A stretch of DNA of 58,367 nt, the filler included, from Thelocarpon superellum (lineage: Eukaryota), in the NCBI GenBank assembly GCA_026025795.1. It is 5 parts of 5 records of this genome, joined end to end, with 100 filler letters (N's around TTAATTAATTAA, not from the genome) between each part and the next. Parts side by side here need not be neighbours in the genome. Positions count along the whole stretch, not along the records: positions 35,286 to 46,781 come from JAPEUG010000499.1; positions 46,882 to 58,367 come from JAPEUG010000500.1; 3 more parts are not named here. One strand, written 5' to 3'. Made by a program: the position numbers and the translations under genes. The notes beneath the pieces are model-generated. The model did no database searches and had not been told where the DNA came from. It worked only from the letters and a program-made list of their open reading frames with translations. How positions within the stretch are numbered: the first letter of the stretch is position 1; each line of letters begins with the position of its first letter. This document shows, piece by piece, positions 35,286-47,363 of the stretch.

Positions 35286-38200
35286 ATCTCCGGTTGAATG
35301 GCCGAGAGCACATCATCGGCATCTTTGGCATCTTGCATCCTACGGTTTTGGACAAGTTTGAGCTACGGTAAGCGCGGCGCCGTTTCACCCCCCATGCGCC
35401 GCCTCCCCGCGTGGCCGTGCAAGGCTAACGTAGGATTTGCAGATACCCTGTCAGCACACTGGAGATAAATCTCGAGGTATTCTTATGAGGACCGGTGGTG
35501 CCTGGCAGCGAGTCATGTCAGACATGTGATGAGTGCATGTGGCGTCGTGCACGCGGGCGGGGACGGAGAGACATATGGGATCATGTTGGATCGCATCGTT
35601 GCTTGAAGTACCATACAAGTACTATGTCGAACGATCCCTCCCGAAGGAGGTTTCCCTTGATCTGATCCCGGCATTTAGAACCTCCCACTTAACTGTCTAG
35701 GTATGTAGCAAGTGGTAGCAACACCTTTTTTCATTCCTTGTGGTATCGTGAGAGGAAGCATGGCACTCGTACCCGGAACATCTTTGCGACCTACCAATGG
35801 GCAAGGGTACAAGCACTACGCCTACAGAGGAAGCGTCGTAATGAAGGATGTGAGCGAAGACGATGCCCACGGCGACCCCCACGTGACGCACGCGGTCGAA
35901 AGCCGCGGACTCATTCGTCACGGCCACACCCGATGCGTTGGCCCCTGCCCTGACGGTGTCTGTGGCCTACTCGCGGTCGGAATAAGTCCTCGTAGTGTAC
36001 CCGTACCATGTTAAGTACGAGGACTGCCTTATCCCCGTAGCAGATCTTAGGTACTCGTCATCACCGCGCGTCAGTTGCCTGGCTAGGCCAACGTCAAACA
36101 TGCAGTGGGCCCCACTTCAGCTCTGCGCTTCTCCGTAGCGCGAGCCTGCGTCGCATGAAGGGGGACCATTGCAGAATCGCCCCCGACGATCATCCACTCT
36201 TCTCGTGGGTATCGTAAGCCGCATGGCTAGGCGCAAGCAACCAAGCAACCAAGCAAGCATTAAATACGGATTACTCACATGTCTTGTCTTGCTGGTGCCA
36301 TGGTAGATGCCGCGGAGCCAAGACTGCAATCTCAGCGTCTACTACTTCTACGCGACCAGAGTGGAACATTCTGGCGCCCTTCTGGCAAAGGTGGTGGGAT
36401 GAGCGTCGGGGACCGGGAATCCGTTGTCGGGCTTGAGGCCGGGGCCGTGGACCAAAAAATCGCAGACCCTGGCGGGATAAATCAGGGCACGCACGACAGA
36501 ATTAAACAGACGAAACGAATCCGATCGGCAAGGCGACCAGTAATCGCCCACGTAGATCTTCCACCCTTGCGCCATCATCACACCACGTTTCATAGGGAAG
36601 GGGCAGGTGGTGCCGAAGACAGGGACGAGGGATGGGGCGACGAACGGACGTGGTTGGGGGTGCAAGGCAGGAGAGGGAGGTGGTGGGATGAATGGTAGCG
36701 AGCACGTCAATGCTGGCCATTATTGACTATCTCGGGCATAGATGGTCTCGGTTGGCCCAAGTCCCACCCGCTCCCCGAGCCAGCCCGTCGGCTGCCGTTG
36801 GGCCCGATGAGCGACCGCGTCGTGCCCAAAGTCAATCAGGCGGGCAGGAGGAGCAGATTGACGGGTAGACAGACAGAGCTTCGTGGCAGCCGCGGACCCG
36901 CCAAACTCTACAGATAACTTGGCAATTCTACGAGCATGGCAAGGAGGTCTCGAAGCGTTTCTCGTCCCTGACGCGATGCTTCGTCGAGACAAGATGACTC
37001 GTGTAAGCAAGCTTATCTTTTGAGGCATTTGGATGCACCCCCCATCAAACAGCTGAATTGAATCCCATTCGTCTGACCGACCGGCTGGGTCGATGGGAGA
37101 ATGAGGGTTATGGCTTGGACAGGAGGGGGACCCATCGACCGAAATGGGTAGCTGTTCCCTGGGCAGGCTCCGAGCGTCGAGCTGGCAGAAGGCGCGATAC
37201 GCAGAGCTGGTGGAAAGGTCGGTGCGATCGCGCACGCGCGTGTGGGAGCTTCATGGATCGTCGCTAAGCGAAATGGTCTGGCAGGACGGACGTTATCACG
37301 GGCACGTCGGCTCCTCTGCTCCTCTGTCCGGCCATGGGTCTGGAGCGGCCGGCCGCCTCATCCAGGTACCGGGAGCGGTTGTTTGCTCGGCGTGGTGCAT
37401 CGCGGCGCAAAGCGGGCGAGCACCGTGGGGGAGAGGCACAGAGTGATGGCCGGACTGAGGAGGTCGGAGGCACTTCCTTGCGGCAAGCCAAGACGACTAA
37501 GCGGCGGACGTCGCGTGGCTATCCGATGTTGCTCGTCAGGGTCGGAAGGCGGCGGTTGGGAGGCTAGAAGGCAACCAGAACATGACCCACCCATGTTGAT
37601 GGCCATGCCCGCAGTGATGACTGTCGAATGAGAGGGGGTAGATGGACGAAGGCCGGATAGATACTGACGCTGTTCGGAGTAACTACGGGTACGAATGATT
37701 TGATGGGCGGGCCCGTCGGGCCGGCCACACCGTACCGCGCACTGCAGCAGCTTCCAGGTAGCCCTTCCTGCAGTGCCCACGGACTCGTGAAACCGCTGAA
37801 ACAACCATGCTGGTGGCGGCCGTGGCGACCGCACTGACGTCAATCCATGTCACATACAAGGACTTGCTCTTCGCTCCTTGCACCAGAGGGGATGAAGGAT
37901 GGCACCGGCACGGACATGGACACTGGCACTGGCACTGGCGCTGGCACCGATGGCGCGGCTTCGCTTTCCATGTACTGGCACCGTCGCAGTGTTTGCACGT
38001 ATCACCTTGGCTGGAGAACGCAGGCGGAATCAATGGATGCAGCATGCAGCATGCAGCTCCAATTACGGGCACCGATCGAAGCGAATGCTGCTGCAGCAGC
38101 GGCGGCGTCCCCTAGCTGCACCGCACCTAGCGGCAGCAGCCTCAGGTCGCAGATGGCGGAACGAGTACTACTTGTACGATGGTATGGTCTAGTCGAGCAG

Positions 38201-39877
38201 CCATATTCGAGGTGGACAAGTCAGCCGGCATTGCTGCAGCACGCTGCATGATCACGGAGGTCCTCGGTCAACCAGGGTCCTCGCGGTCGCATGTGCGCGC
38301 AGCCAGCATACCGCGCGGCGGACAAGTGATCTTGCAGGCGATCAGCGGGGGCGCCGACCAAGACCGGGACGGAGAGTCCGAGTACTCGTCCTCGTCGTAG
38401 GCTTGCTGGCAGCCGAGGTGGGTCGCGGGCGTGTCGGCCAGTGAGTGGGAGGTGGTCGTGCGCGTGGGCGGGAGCGTGGGTCGCGGCGTAGGCGTGGGCC
38501 ATGGCCGTGGCCGTGGCCGTGGATGTTCCGTGGTCCCGTCGTCCTTGTTCGCCAGCCTGGACGCCGGGGCCGACGCCGGCGGACGTGGGCGGCCTGGACG
38601 GCGTGGACGGCGTGGGCGTGGACGGCGTGGGCGTGGCGGGCGTGGGGCGTGGGTGGACTTGCCCACTGTTGACACCGCACCAGGGTCCTGGTCTCCTGCG
38701 CGTCCGCGCGCCCAAAAAGCGTGGGATGGCGCCGCATCTCATTCGGCGATGGGCTGCGATGCCGACAGGGGACTCAACAATCTCCCGCATCTCATTCGAC
38801 GCGAGCGCCCGCCGCAACGCCGCAACGCTACGAGTGCTTATCTGTGCGGCCGAGGGTCGCCGTGATGGAGGCCAGGCCGACTACTGAAGACACACGCACG
38901 CACCTACTCACACCACCCTCGCACCCTGGCCCCCCCACCCACGGCGGACCGGCTTTTGGGCCGGTGGGATCAGCCCGGGCGGAGGACGGGGGGGTCGCTA
39001 CTATGAGCTTTGCTTTCCCCGTATGATCAGCACCCGTCATATCCCGTTACCCACCTCCCTTTCCTTGGCCCATTGATCCCCGGGCGGACCCACCGACCAC
39101 TGACCACTGACCACCCGCCAAAAGTGCCGCGCTCCTGTCTCTCCTCTGCGTCACGGTGGGTGTTGTTGTCGCTCGCTCCGTCGCATCATATCAATCTCTC
39201 AAGCTCCAGGTTGCGCGGGAGGTCTAATCTAGCTCACGCGCCCGCCGCCGCCGTCGTCCGCTGCTCGGTGGATCCGCGTTAGCACGTCCACATCCCTATC
39301 CTATCCCTTGCCGCGCCCTTGGACGCCCCCAGGCTACCTGGACCGGAGCCTCTCGACCCAGTACAAGTACAAGTATGACACCGCGCACGTATGAGTAGTG
39401 CGCCATCTCATCATTGCCGTCCGCCGTCCGCCGTCCGCCGTCCACCGCCTGCCGCCTGCCGCCAGCAGCGCACTGCTCACTGCCCATTACCCGCTGCTCG
39501 GCCTCCTCTCTCTGCCGGCCGCCACTACGAGCTTGGCCGGTGAGATGGTGAGCCCACGATAACCCTCCTCCATCCCACGGCCAGCTGCTTCTCCCTCATC
39601 CACCCAGGGCCAACCCCGATCCTGCGGCTCGTCCCGCCCTGCTCTCGCCACTAGAGAGAGCTGATCGAATTTAATTTTGCTTTTTCCCCATCCGATTCCC
39701 TTCCCCCCTCACCCTTCCTCCGTGATTGGTGTGCCAGGTGCGGTGGTGCTCGCTGTCGATGCCTGCTTATCTTTGGTACGAGTAGATTCCCGACGCGCCC
39801 CGCTCTTGCTTTGCTTCTGTTGACCAAGACTTTTTCCTTTCAGGCAACTTGTCCAAGCGTGTTGGATAGGGAAGGCG

Positions 39878-39996
39878 ATGGCATGACCGCTCATCAGAAA
39901 GCCGAGCCTCCTCCCACACCGAATACGTCGATCTCCACACTGCGCATCATCCTGATCTTCTCCAACGTTTGGACGGCATCTCTCCACGAGGGATAG
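39878..39996 (+). promoter_or_regulatory. Overlapping candidate uORFs (ATG GCA TGA at 39878; 37-aa ORF 39883-39996) in a probably spliced 5' leader
   Basis: Both ATGs follow a strong acceptor (TTGAC..TTTTTCCTTTCAG ending 39843). The longer uORF stops 28 nt before the main ATG at 40025. Confidence 0.4.
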
Positions 39997-40024
39997 GCCC
40001 ACCGCCCTTCCTCACCCGTCACCG

Positions 40025-41878
40025 ATGTACGGTGTGACGACGCGACGGCCATCATCGAGTCAGGAGACTCGACTCCCGCACGGCGAATGTCGCTTCATCT
40101 TACTGCACCCCGAGATCAGTGGACAACGATGCTCCTGTCAGGGCTTTTGGCTCAACAAGGCGGTGCTGGGGTCGTCTTGCGAATGCGGCCACCAAGCCTG
40201 CTACCACGAGCCGACTCAGCCTCAGGAGGCCCTCAACCGCGACCAATATGACGTGCTACTGAGCCGAGTTGCACACTTGGAAAAACAGCTTTCGCGGACA
40301 GGCGCCAGCCGAGAGGAGGGGACGACGAGCGAGGGTGGCGACATCAAGGTGGTGGAAGAGCAGCTGGACCGAGAGAAGTCGGACCGGGAAGATGACGTGC
40401 GACGCGTATACCGGACCTTTCAAGGCATCTACGAACAGCTGTCCATGTCGCAGAAGGCGACCTTTCACCGGATGCTAGAGCAGGACGACAAGATCGAGGG
40501 CATGGTGGACAAGGTGACGGAGTGCAGCGAGGAACTCCAGACCATCCGCGAGCGGTTCGCGCAGGTGGACGAAGTGTCGATGGCCTTGGAGGATCGACTC
40601 GACGAGATGAGCGAGGCGCTGGAGAGAGCCGAAAGCACGATACCGCATACGAAGAGGTCAATCAGCACGCAGACCAGCCCGCCCCCGCCTCGACTGCTGG
40701 CTCGGCCCGCATCTTCTCTCCCGACGGTGTCCGTGGAAGTCACCATAATGCTCAGCGCGAGCCAGACGCGACCCTTCTCCGCCACGTCGAGAGGCGGTCA
40801 ACGAGGGCAATCGCGCGGTCTGACCCGTCGAGTGGTTTGGGTCAATAAAGACGGGCAATCGTTCCGAAGAGCCATTGAGGCTTCGTTTTCTACCCTGCTC
40901 GCGGGTCGAGCGTGGATGCCGTTGGGGGTAAGCCGGGGCGCGTCCGTGGGTGAGGCGCCTTGGCTCCACACCCTCACCTCGGACCAGCTGGGCAGTGATC
41001 TGTGGGGCATGACCTTTCTCCAAGACCATTGCTTGCTGGCGCCCATCATGGGCCACGACAAGCCAAGAATGTACATTGCGCTTCGCGAGGGAAGTCTTTC
41101 GTGGGAGGAAATCCGTCGGCAGCCGCGCGTCGGCGAGGCGGGGCGGGAGAGGGAGAGGGATGCCGAGCTGGCGTGCTGGGCATACGACGATGGATTAGAT
41201 GGACGAGCGCCATCGCCGCCGAAGACGAAGATGGATCCGATCGTCGAAGGGCGCCTCACAGACCCACCTTCACCACCTCCATTGTCCCTACCGCCATCAT
41301 TACCATCCTTATCGAGATCCATGGAGGTCTCATCACGATTGATCATGGCCCCGCAGCAGCCGACATCCGGCATGTCGTCTGCGTCTGGATCCGTCATCAT
41401 CACCAGACCCACCGTCACCTCGCCGATCAAGACCTCATCCGGGTTGAAACGGACATTATCAAACGCAGCCATCACATCGTCATCATATTCGTCCTACTCC
41501 TCCTCGTCATCAACTTCGTCAGCGGCCTCTTCAATCTCTACAGGCTATACCCCAGGTGACTTGTCGCCGCCGGCACCGGCACCGCCACCGCCACCGTCGT
41601 CCACCATCGCACCTTCTGCCAGCGCCGCCTTCCAAGCGAACAAGCGACTGAAAATCCGCGCTGCTCTGCCTGAGATATCTTCCTCCTCCACTCAATCCCA
41701 TGCCACTGGTTCTGCTACTAGGATTGACGCTGCTGGAGTTGGTGGCGGTGGTGGTAGTAGTGGTACCAGCGGTGGAAATTCCGGTGGGGGAAGCCATGGC
41801 AGGGTAGGAGGGGGAGGCGATTCTGCGGCGCGGATGCTGGGGACATCGACGTCTTTTGTGCCGAGGGAGGTGGTGTGA
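40025..41878 (+). CDS. Hypothetical protein (617 aa): N-terminal Cys/His cluster, coiled coil, globular middle domain, S/P/G-rich tail
   Basis: Long intronless ORF with HGECRF..RCSCQGF..SCECGHQACYH and heptad-rich residues ~70-200. Confidence 0.8.
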   Translation: MYGVTTRRPSSSQETRLPHGECRFILLHPEISGQRCSCQGFWLNKAVLGSSCECGHQACYHEPTQPQEALNRDQYDVLLSRVAHLEKQLSRTGASREEGTTSEGGDIKVVEEQLDREKSDREDDVRRVYRTFQGIYEQLSMSQKATFHRMLEQDDKIEGMVDKVTECSEELQTIRERFAQVDEVSMALEDRLDEMSEALERAESTIPHTKRSISTQTSPPPPRLLARPASSLPTVSVEVTIMLSASQTRPFSATSRGGQRGQSRGLTRRVVWVNKDGQSFRRAIEASFSTLLAGRAWMPLGVSRGASVGEAPWLHTLTSDQLGSDLWGMTFLQDHCLLAPIMGHDKPRMYIALREGSLSWEEIRRQPRVGEAGRERERDAELACWAYDDGLDGRAPSPPKTKMDPIVEGRLTDPPSPPPLSLPPSLPSLSRSMEVSSRLIMAPQQPTSGMSSASGSVIITRPTVTSPIKTSSGLKRTLSNAAITSSSYSSYSSSSSTSSAASSISTGYTPGDLSPPAPAPPPPPSSTIAPSASAAFQANKRLKIRAALPEISSSSTQSHATGSATRIDAAGVGGGGGSSGTSGGNSGGGSHGRVGGGGDSAARMLGTSTSFVPREVV

Positions 41879-42168
41879 TGGTGTACATGGACGCATATAC
41901 CATCCGCACCTATCCGCATCATCACGGCTCCTCTGGCATGGCGGTGGCGATCAGCGATGGCGAAGACGAAGACGAGATTTGGACAACGAGGATAACGACC
42001 CTTTACGACGACCACGACGACCGACCATATTGATAGATGCCAGATGACAGGTGGATGGTGGATGGTGGATGGTGGATGGATCTGGTGAACGACATGCTCT
42101 GCGCCAGCATTTACTCGTGTTTAATTGATGAGATCGGGTATAGAAGCACGGAAAGGGAAGGAATAGAA

Positions 42169-42198
42169 GGATGGATGGATGGATGGATGGATGGATGG
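42169..42198. repeat. (GGAT)~7 microsatellite
   Basis: Visible tetranucleotide run between convergent genes. Confidence 0.9.
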
Positions 42199-42641
42199 AA
42201 CGGGATGGGATGGATATAGACAGGGATAGACGAGCAGGGGAGGACTACGCATGACTGGATGTGATAGGATCAAGACTGCGAAGAGTACGCGAGGAGAATA
42301 GGAGAGGATCAGCGAAAGCACGCGCCGTCCAGGCCTTTTCACTGCCATCCTCGTGGTCAAGTGTTGAGTGACGATGATACAGATTATGATTGGACATGGA
42401 CACCTTAAAACGCGCATTCAACTGATTGAGGTGCTTGTCGGATTGGAAGAAACGACGCCAGCAAGTGGCACAGCGACGAAGCGAAGGGGCAAGTAAAAGG
42501 GGGACAAAAATGGAAATCTATAGGTACAAGCGTCATCTATCTCCGCAAAGAAAGATATGAGAAAGAACAGAGAGAAGAATAGAAAGAAGGAGAGGAACAG
42601 AAAGTGGAGAGGAAGGTACGTAAAACAGGGCATGAGTACTT

Positions 42642-44599
42642 CTACGTCGAAAATCCAAGGGCGTTGCGGTTGTCGTCGATGACTCTACCGTACCTGGGTT
42701 GCATCATCGTTGTCAGCTCCTTCGGCATAGACGGTCGAAAGCGACGCCGCGGGGGAATGTGGAATGACGGTCGACTCACTCCAATAACAACCGATACAAC
42801 CAGACCTCAAAGTCCTCATTTCGCAGCACCTTCTGCGCCCACTCCCGGCCCTGTTCGGCCAGGAACGGCGCCTGTTTCTTGCCTTGGTCCTCTTCGGCAA
42901 AATACCGCACGCTCTCCACCAAATCGCCACCTCGCAGACTCAGCGGGACGTAATGAAGCCATGGCTGGAGCCACTCCTGGTGCCATTCCCGGAAGACGGC
43001 CATCTTGTACACCAAGCTGTGGCTGTGGAGAAAGGCGTAGAAGCGACCGCTAAAGGCGTTGCCGTCCATGTCGAGTAGATATCTGTACTTCCACGCCTCC
43101 TGCCGGTCCGCTTCCGGGGCGATGGTGAAGAACTCGCGTTGCGCGTCGCAGTCGTTGGGGTCACACTGGCCGACGTGCGAGAAGCTGACGTTGAACAATG
43201 GCCGGTATTCCTGTCGGTTCGTTTCCTTGACTTGCCATCCTGCCTCGGTCTGGCCCGTGGTTTTCTGGAGCACCTTGGCCTTGTCCAAGGCATTCACCTG
43301 CTTGACCAGCTTCTGCCGATGCTGCCGCCGCCATCCGCCATCGCGGCTGAAACCGCCCGTGGTCGACCCCCGCCAGTACATCCGGTCCACCTTCCGGTCC
43401 CAGGCCAGGTCCTTCTCATCCTCATACACCACCTTGCCGTCCCAGTACCACGGACTGGGGTAGAGAATGTCCTGGAAGCTGCTGACCTTGCTCTGCGAGA
43501 AGATGGGAAAGAGATCGTGCACGACGTCGAAGGCGTTGGGTCGATCGAAGAAGCCGTACGTCTCGCGCAGGGACGGAGAGTGGCAGACATCGGAGAAGGC
43601 GGTGGAGTTGAAGACGAAGCCCAGCTCCGTCGTCGCGTACTTCCACACGTCGTCCGGTGCCTCATCCTCGAGCGAGCGAGCTGGCGTGTCTGGGGAACAA
43701 GACAGCTTCGAGACCTCCCACGTCGGCTGGTGGGCGTATCGGTTGAAGCGCGTGGTTTTGTATTCCTGGGTCTGCATGCCATCGTTCAGGTCTTTCGGCC
43801 GAGGGGAGAAATAGTTTTGGAGATGGGCGTTGGCCAAGGCCGACGGCATCTGTTCGTTTTGCGCATGCTTCACCAGCCTCGACAGATCCTCGTACGGCAC
43901 CACCACGCGCGGCTCGTCGTGCACGTTGAAGGCCAGATCCATGTCGGGCAGACGAGTGATGAAGGACTCCATCATGCCCATGGTGGCTTTCTGTTGCCAT
44001 TCCTGGCCGCCCTGGATCAACGTGATATTCCCCCCCCGGATCGACACGCCCATCAGCGCATTGTCGAAGCCCAGGGCCTCGCGGGTCCGCGCGCGAATGG
44101 TGGCGGGCTCGAGGCCCCAGAAAGGTAGCAGGGAGTGGTGGATGGTGTCGTACTCGTCGATGAGCTGCACCTTTCGTTTCTTCGCGAACTTGAACCACTT
44201 GTCAAAGTTGGGAGGCGGAGGGATCTGATAGCGACGACGGTAGTCGGCCACAGCATCGGCCAAGGTCTGCGACTGGCGCGATTTGACAGCCTCAAACCCA
44301 TGCTGGGCTTCGACGACCAATCGATGGATCGGGTGAGTGTCGGGACCAAGGGGGTCGGCCGTCGCGAGGAAGGGGTCGACGGAGGGATGAGTGAGCGGGT
44401 TGTGAAGGTGAATGGGAAGCTCCGGGAGGTTGGGGAGATTGGGCAGGTTGGGCAGGTGGTGGAGGTCGGGGAGGTCGGGGAGATCGGGGAGCGACTCTTG
44501 TCGACGAAGCTGCCAGATGGTCAAGGTGATGAAGGAGAGGATGACGACGAGCAGCAGCAGCTGCCTCCGTCCCATTCTTCTCGGGCCGAGAATGCGCAT
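42642..44599 (-). CDS. Glycosyltransferase family 90 (CAP10/Cxt1-like xylosyltransferase), type II membrane protein
   Basis: N-terminal TM; YRRRYQIPPPPNFDKWF, LPDMDLAFNVHDEPRV, YWRGSTTGG, KYRYLLDMDGNAFSGRF, LQPWLHYVP. Last exon E|YGRVIDDNRNALGFST* follows intron ~42694-42779. Start could be 44599 or 44575. Confidence 0.93.
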
Positions 44600-45427
44600 T
44601 GGGGCGAGGCGATTGACAGCAGCATCGGTCGGCGCCACTCACGGCATGCCAGCGCTTGCGGTGGATCAGGTTGGAGCATCACACGAAGGAGGGGACGCGT
44701 CGGGGATGTCGACGTCGTTGAAGATGTTCACGCGGAGGAGCGGACGGCTTGGGAACGTCGACGCCGGTGGAGATGGCGAGAGGCAGGTGTAAGCCAGAGG
44801 GTTCGCCTTGTCCTTTCTGCTTCTCCTGCACTACTGCTCGTGTACGCAGAGAGACAGCGAGGTGACAGCAATATCGCGACCTATCGTCTCCATCGGCGTC
44901 TCCTTCTCCTTCTGCATACATGATCCGGACTTGGTTAAAATTAAGGTTTGGGAGCCGCCCTGATTGGCTGATGGGCCAATTCGCCATTTGCTCGCTCGCT
45001 GCACCTTCGCACCTGCACAAGATTGAGGGAGAACGCGTCGGGTATGCACCACCACCACTAATATGTTACGTATGCCCAGCTCTTCCTCCCACGTATCTCA
45101 CCAATACCCGACTCCTACGCCCACTCTGGTAAGTGTTACGAGAGCGGAGCGGCGGTTTGGCTTGGCATGTTCTCTCGCAACTTAAGCACAGCTCCTACGA
45201 GCTATGCATGCTGGGTTCTCGACGTCGGACATCATCCAGTCGTTCGGGTCGTGAATGAAGTCGTGCCTACCGTACCTACGCCGTACTCCCCATGGATTTG
45301 TTGATCCAATCCCTGAGAACATTGCCCACCGTTGCGTCCCTATTCGCTGTTCGCTATGCACAGCAGCTAAGAGACTTCGATCTCACATGCAGAGGCGCCA
45401 ATCTAACGCCGTCCATCTCCTATTCCC

Positions 45428-46338
45428 TCACATCTGACCTACCTTAACACCCAGTTCCGAGTAGAAATGACACTGCAGTGTGTGGCTGGGTTTGCCCGTT
45501 TGCTCGTCATAGAGATGACAGCCCAGACGGGCGGCGTTGGGCGGCGTGTACACTGCGGCAGAAGCGAGTCAGCATCAAACGCCGTCTGCTAGAGCCTCTT
45601 GGTCTGCCACGTACGGTGGAGCGACACGGCCACATCGGAGGCATGGGGATTGCTGATGCGATGGAGACCGAGCTGTGGTTCGCACCGTCAGCGAGAAAAC
45701 CCCATCATCAGGCAAGTGCCATACGTCGTCCGACATGTACGTCACCTCATTCTCCCCGAAGACGGTCTCGCGCCGCACCGTCAAGGGCGAGGCCTGCCCA
45801 CGACGGACCGCATCGCGATCGGGCCAGTCGTAGAGCGTCTCTTTGAGGGAGCCCTTGAGGACCTGAGCCCGAGCATGCGTCAAGTTCGGGAGTCCACGCC
45901 TCCGCACCTCCGCACCTCCGCACCAAGGGACTGACCTTCATGAGGCAATGTGCATCGGCATGGTCATGGACAGGGCTGCCCTTGCCCGGCGTCCAGACCA
46001 AGATGAGCTAAACGTCTCAGCCGTGGGCCGATGCATTGCCATCGACAGCCAGGACCCACCAAGTTGCTCTTGCCATTCCCTCGATCGACCAGATTCCGAG
46101 TATAGCCGCGACTAGTGTCGGCGAAGGCGTATCGCTCCCAGTGGTTCGGATTCGAGCAGTACTTCTTCATGCACCATGTCAGATGGTCCACGTCCACGCC
46201 GGCGGTGGTCAAGCCCGACGAGGGGCCTAGGGTCTTGCTCAGCTCCTCCACGAGCCGATGAAAGTCGTCCGTGGTCGAGGCATTGAATCCGGCCACGGTC
46301 CCGCCACTGGCCATATCCCTCTCCACCAGAGCGGGCAT
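45428..46338 (-). CDS. CDO1: Cysteine dioxygenase (5 exons)
   Basis: [75 protein letters not shown]. Has the 3-His iron site and the Cys/Tyr cross-link residues. Confidence 0.95.
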
Positions 46339-46781
46339 GATGACAGAGGATCGACGGTCAGTGGGGAGATTGGTGGCGGTCGTGGTGGTGAGCTCTTCCA
46401 GCTCGGCGTCATGCGATCGGGAGATCCACCAAGCGGCCCATGGTAAGCCAGCGGGACAACGCGTCGGCGTGCAAAAGAGGGGGAGGACAGAGCGCCGTAC
46501 GACGAGAGTGGAGCACGGCCATTGCAATCTAAACCGTCGGGACGGAGCTTGGTGAAACGGCAGCAACACCACGGGACCCCACCTGCTGGCCACGTTCTCG
46601 TACGAAAGTACTGCCGGCGCGGCCACGACACATGCGCAGTTACGCGTAACTACGGGCATTGCGCTGCCCGTAACTGGAAATGGGTAATAGGTCGGTGTCA
46701 GGCTTAGCCTCGCATACTCGTAGCGTCCTGCCATGATGGGGAGAGGCACGAGATTCGAACAAAATCCATCCACCCAGAACT

Positions 46782-46881
46782 NNNNNNNNNNNNNNNNNNN
46801 NNNNNNNNNNNNNNNNNNNNNNNNNTTAATTAATTAANNNNNNNNNNNNNNNNNNNNNNNNNNNNNNNNNNNNNNNNNNNN
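46782..46881. other. Artificial contig-joining spacer
   Basis: N44-TTAATTAATTAA-N44. Confidence 0.99.
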
Positions 46882-46907
46882 GCCTACATGATCGAAAGAG
46901 TCCGGCG

Positions 46908-47363
46908 TCAAGATGTTGAAAAGATTGACATCCTTATCAGCGGTGATCCTCTCAGCGACCTAGCCCAGTGCACATCCTTCTGGATGATGACCGATGCATT
47001 AGCCCCGTACAGTTCCGGCCTGGGACACCAGTAAATGGCCGCGCAGTCCCACCACACTCGCGAGCTATATCCCATGTAGAGGGCCTCGGGCGGATGACTG
47101 GTGCTGCCATTGATGCACTGCGGGGGCGGATGCACAACGTTATCGACGTCCGGGGGACAGCTGAAGCAATACGCAGCCGTGATGCCGTCATGTCGCATGG
47201 GTCGGGCTAAGGGCGGCGGGTCGCACTTCAAGCCGGGGTGGGGCGCAGGGGCCGTGACGGCCGCGGTCGAGGTCACTGGCCGGCTACGCGGGGATTCAGT
47301 GGCAAAGAGAAAGGAGACGGCCGTCGCCGGCAGGGCCAAGATCAAAGTCGTGTGGAGAGGCAT
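46908..47363 (-). CDS. Putative small secreted cysteine-rich protein (may be 3'-truncated by the contig end)
   Basis: ATG in a good context (GCCATG), hydrophobic N-terminus MPLHTTLILALPATAVS, S/T/P linker, 6 Cys and NGS/NAS sequons. Confidence 0.5.
   Translation of the reverse strand: MPLHTTLILALPATAVSFLFATESPRSRPVTSTAAVTAPAPHPGLKCDPPPLARPMRHDGITAAYCFSCPPDVDNVVHPPPQCINGSTSHPPEALYMGYSSRVWWDCAAIYWCPRPELYGANASVIIQKDVHWARSLRGSPLIRMSIFSTS

Noticed and set aside
38221..38887. Overlapping Pro/Arg-rich ORFs on both strands
   Set aside because: They arise from GC-rich short repeats and no frame stands out. Kept only as part of the long intergenic finding.
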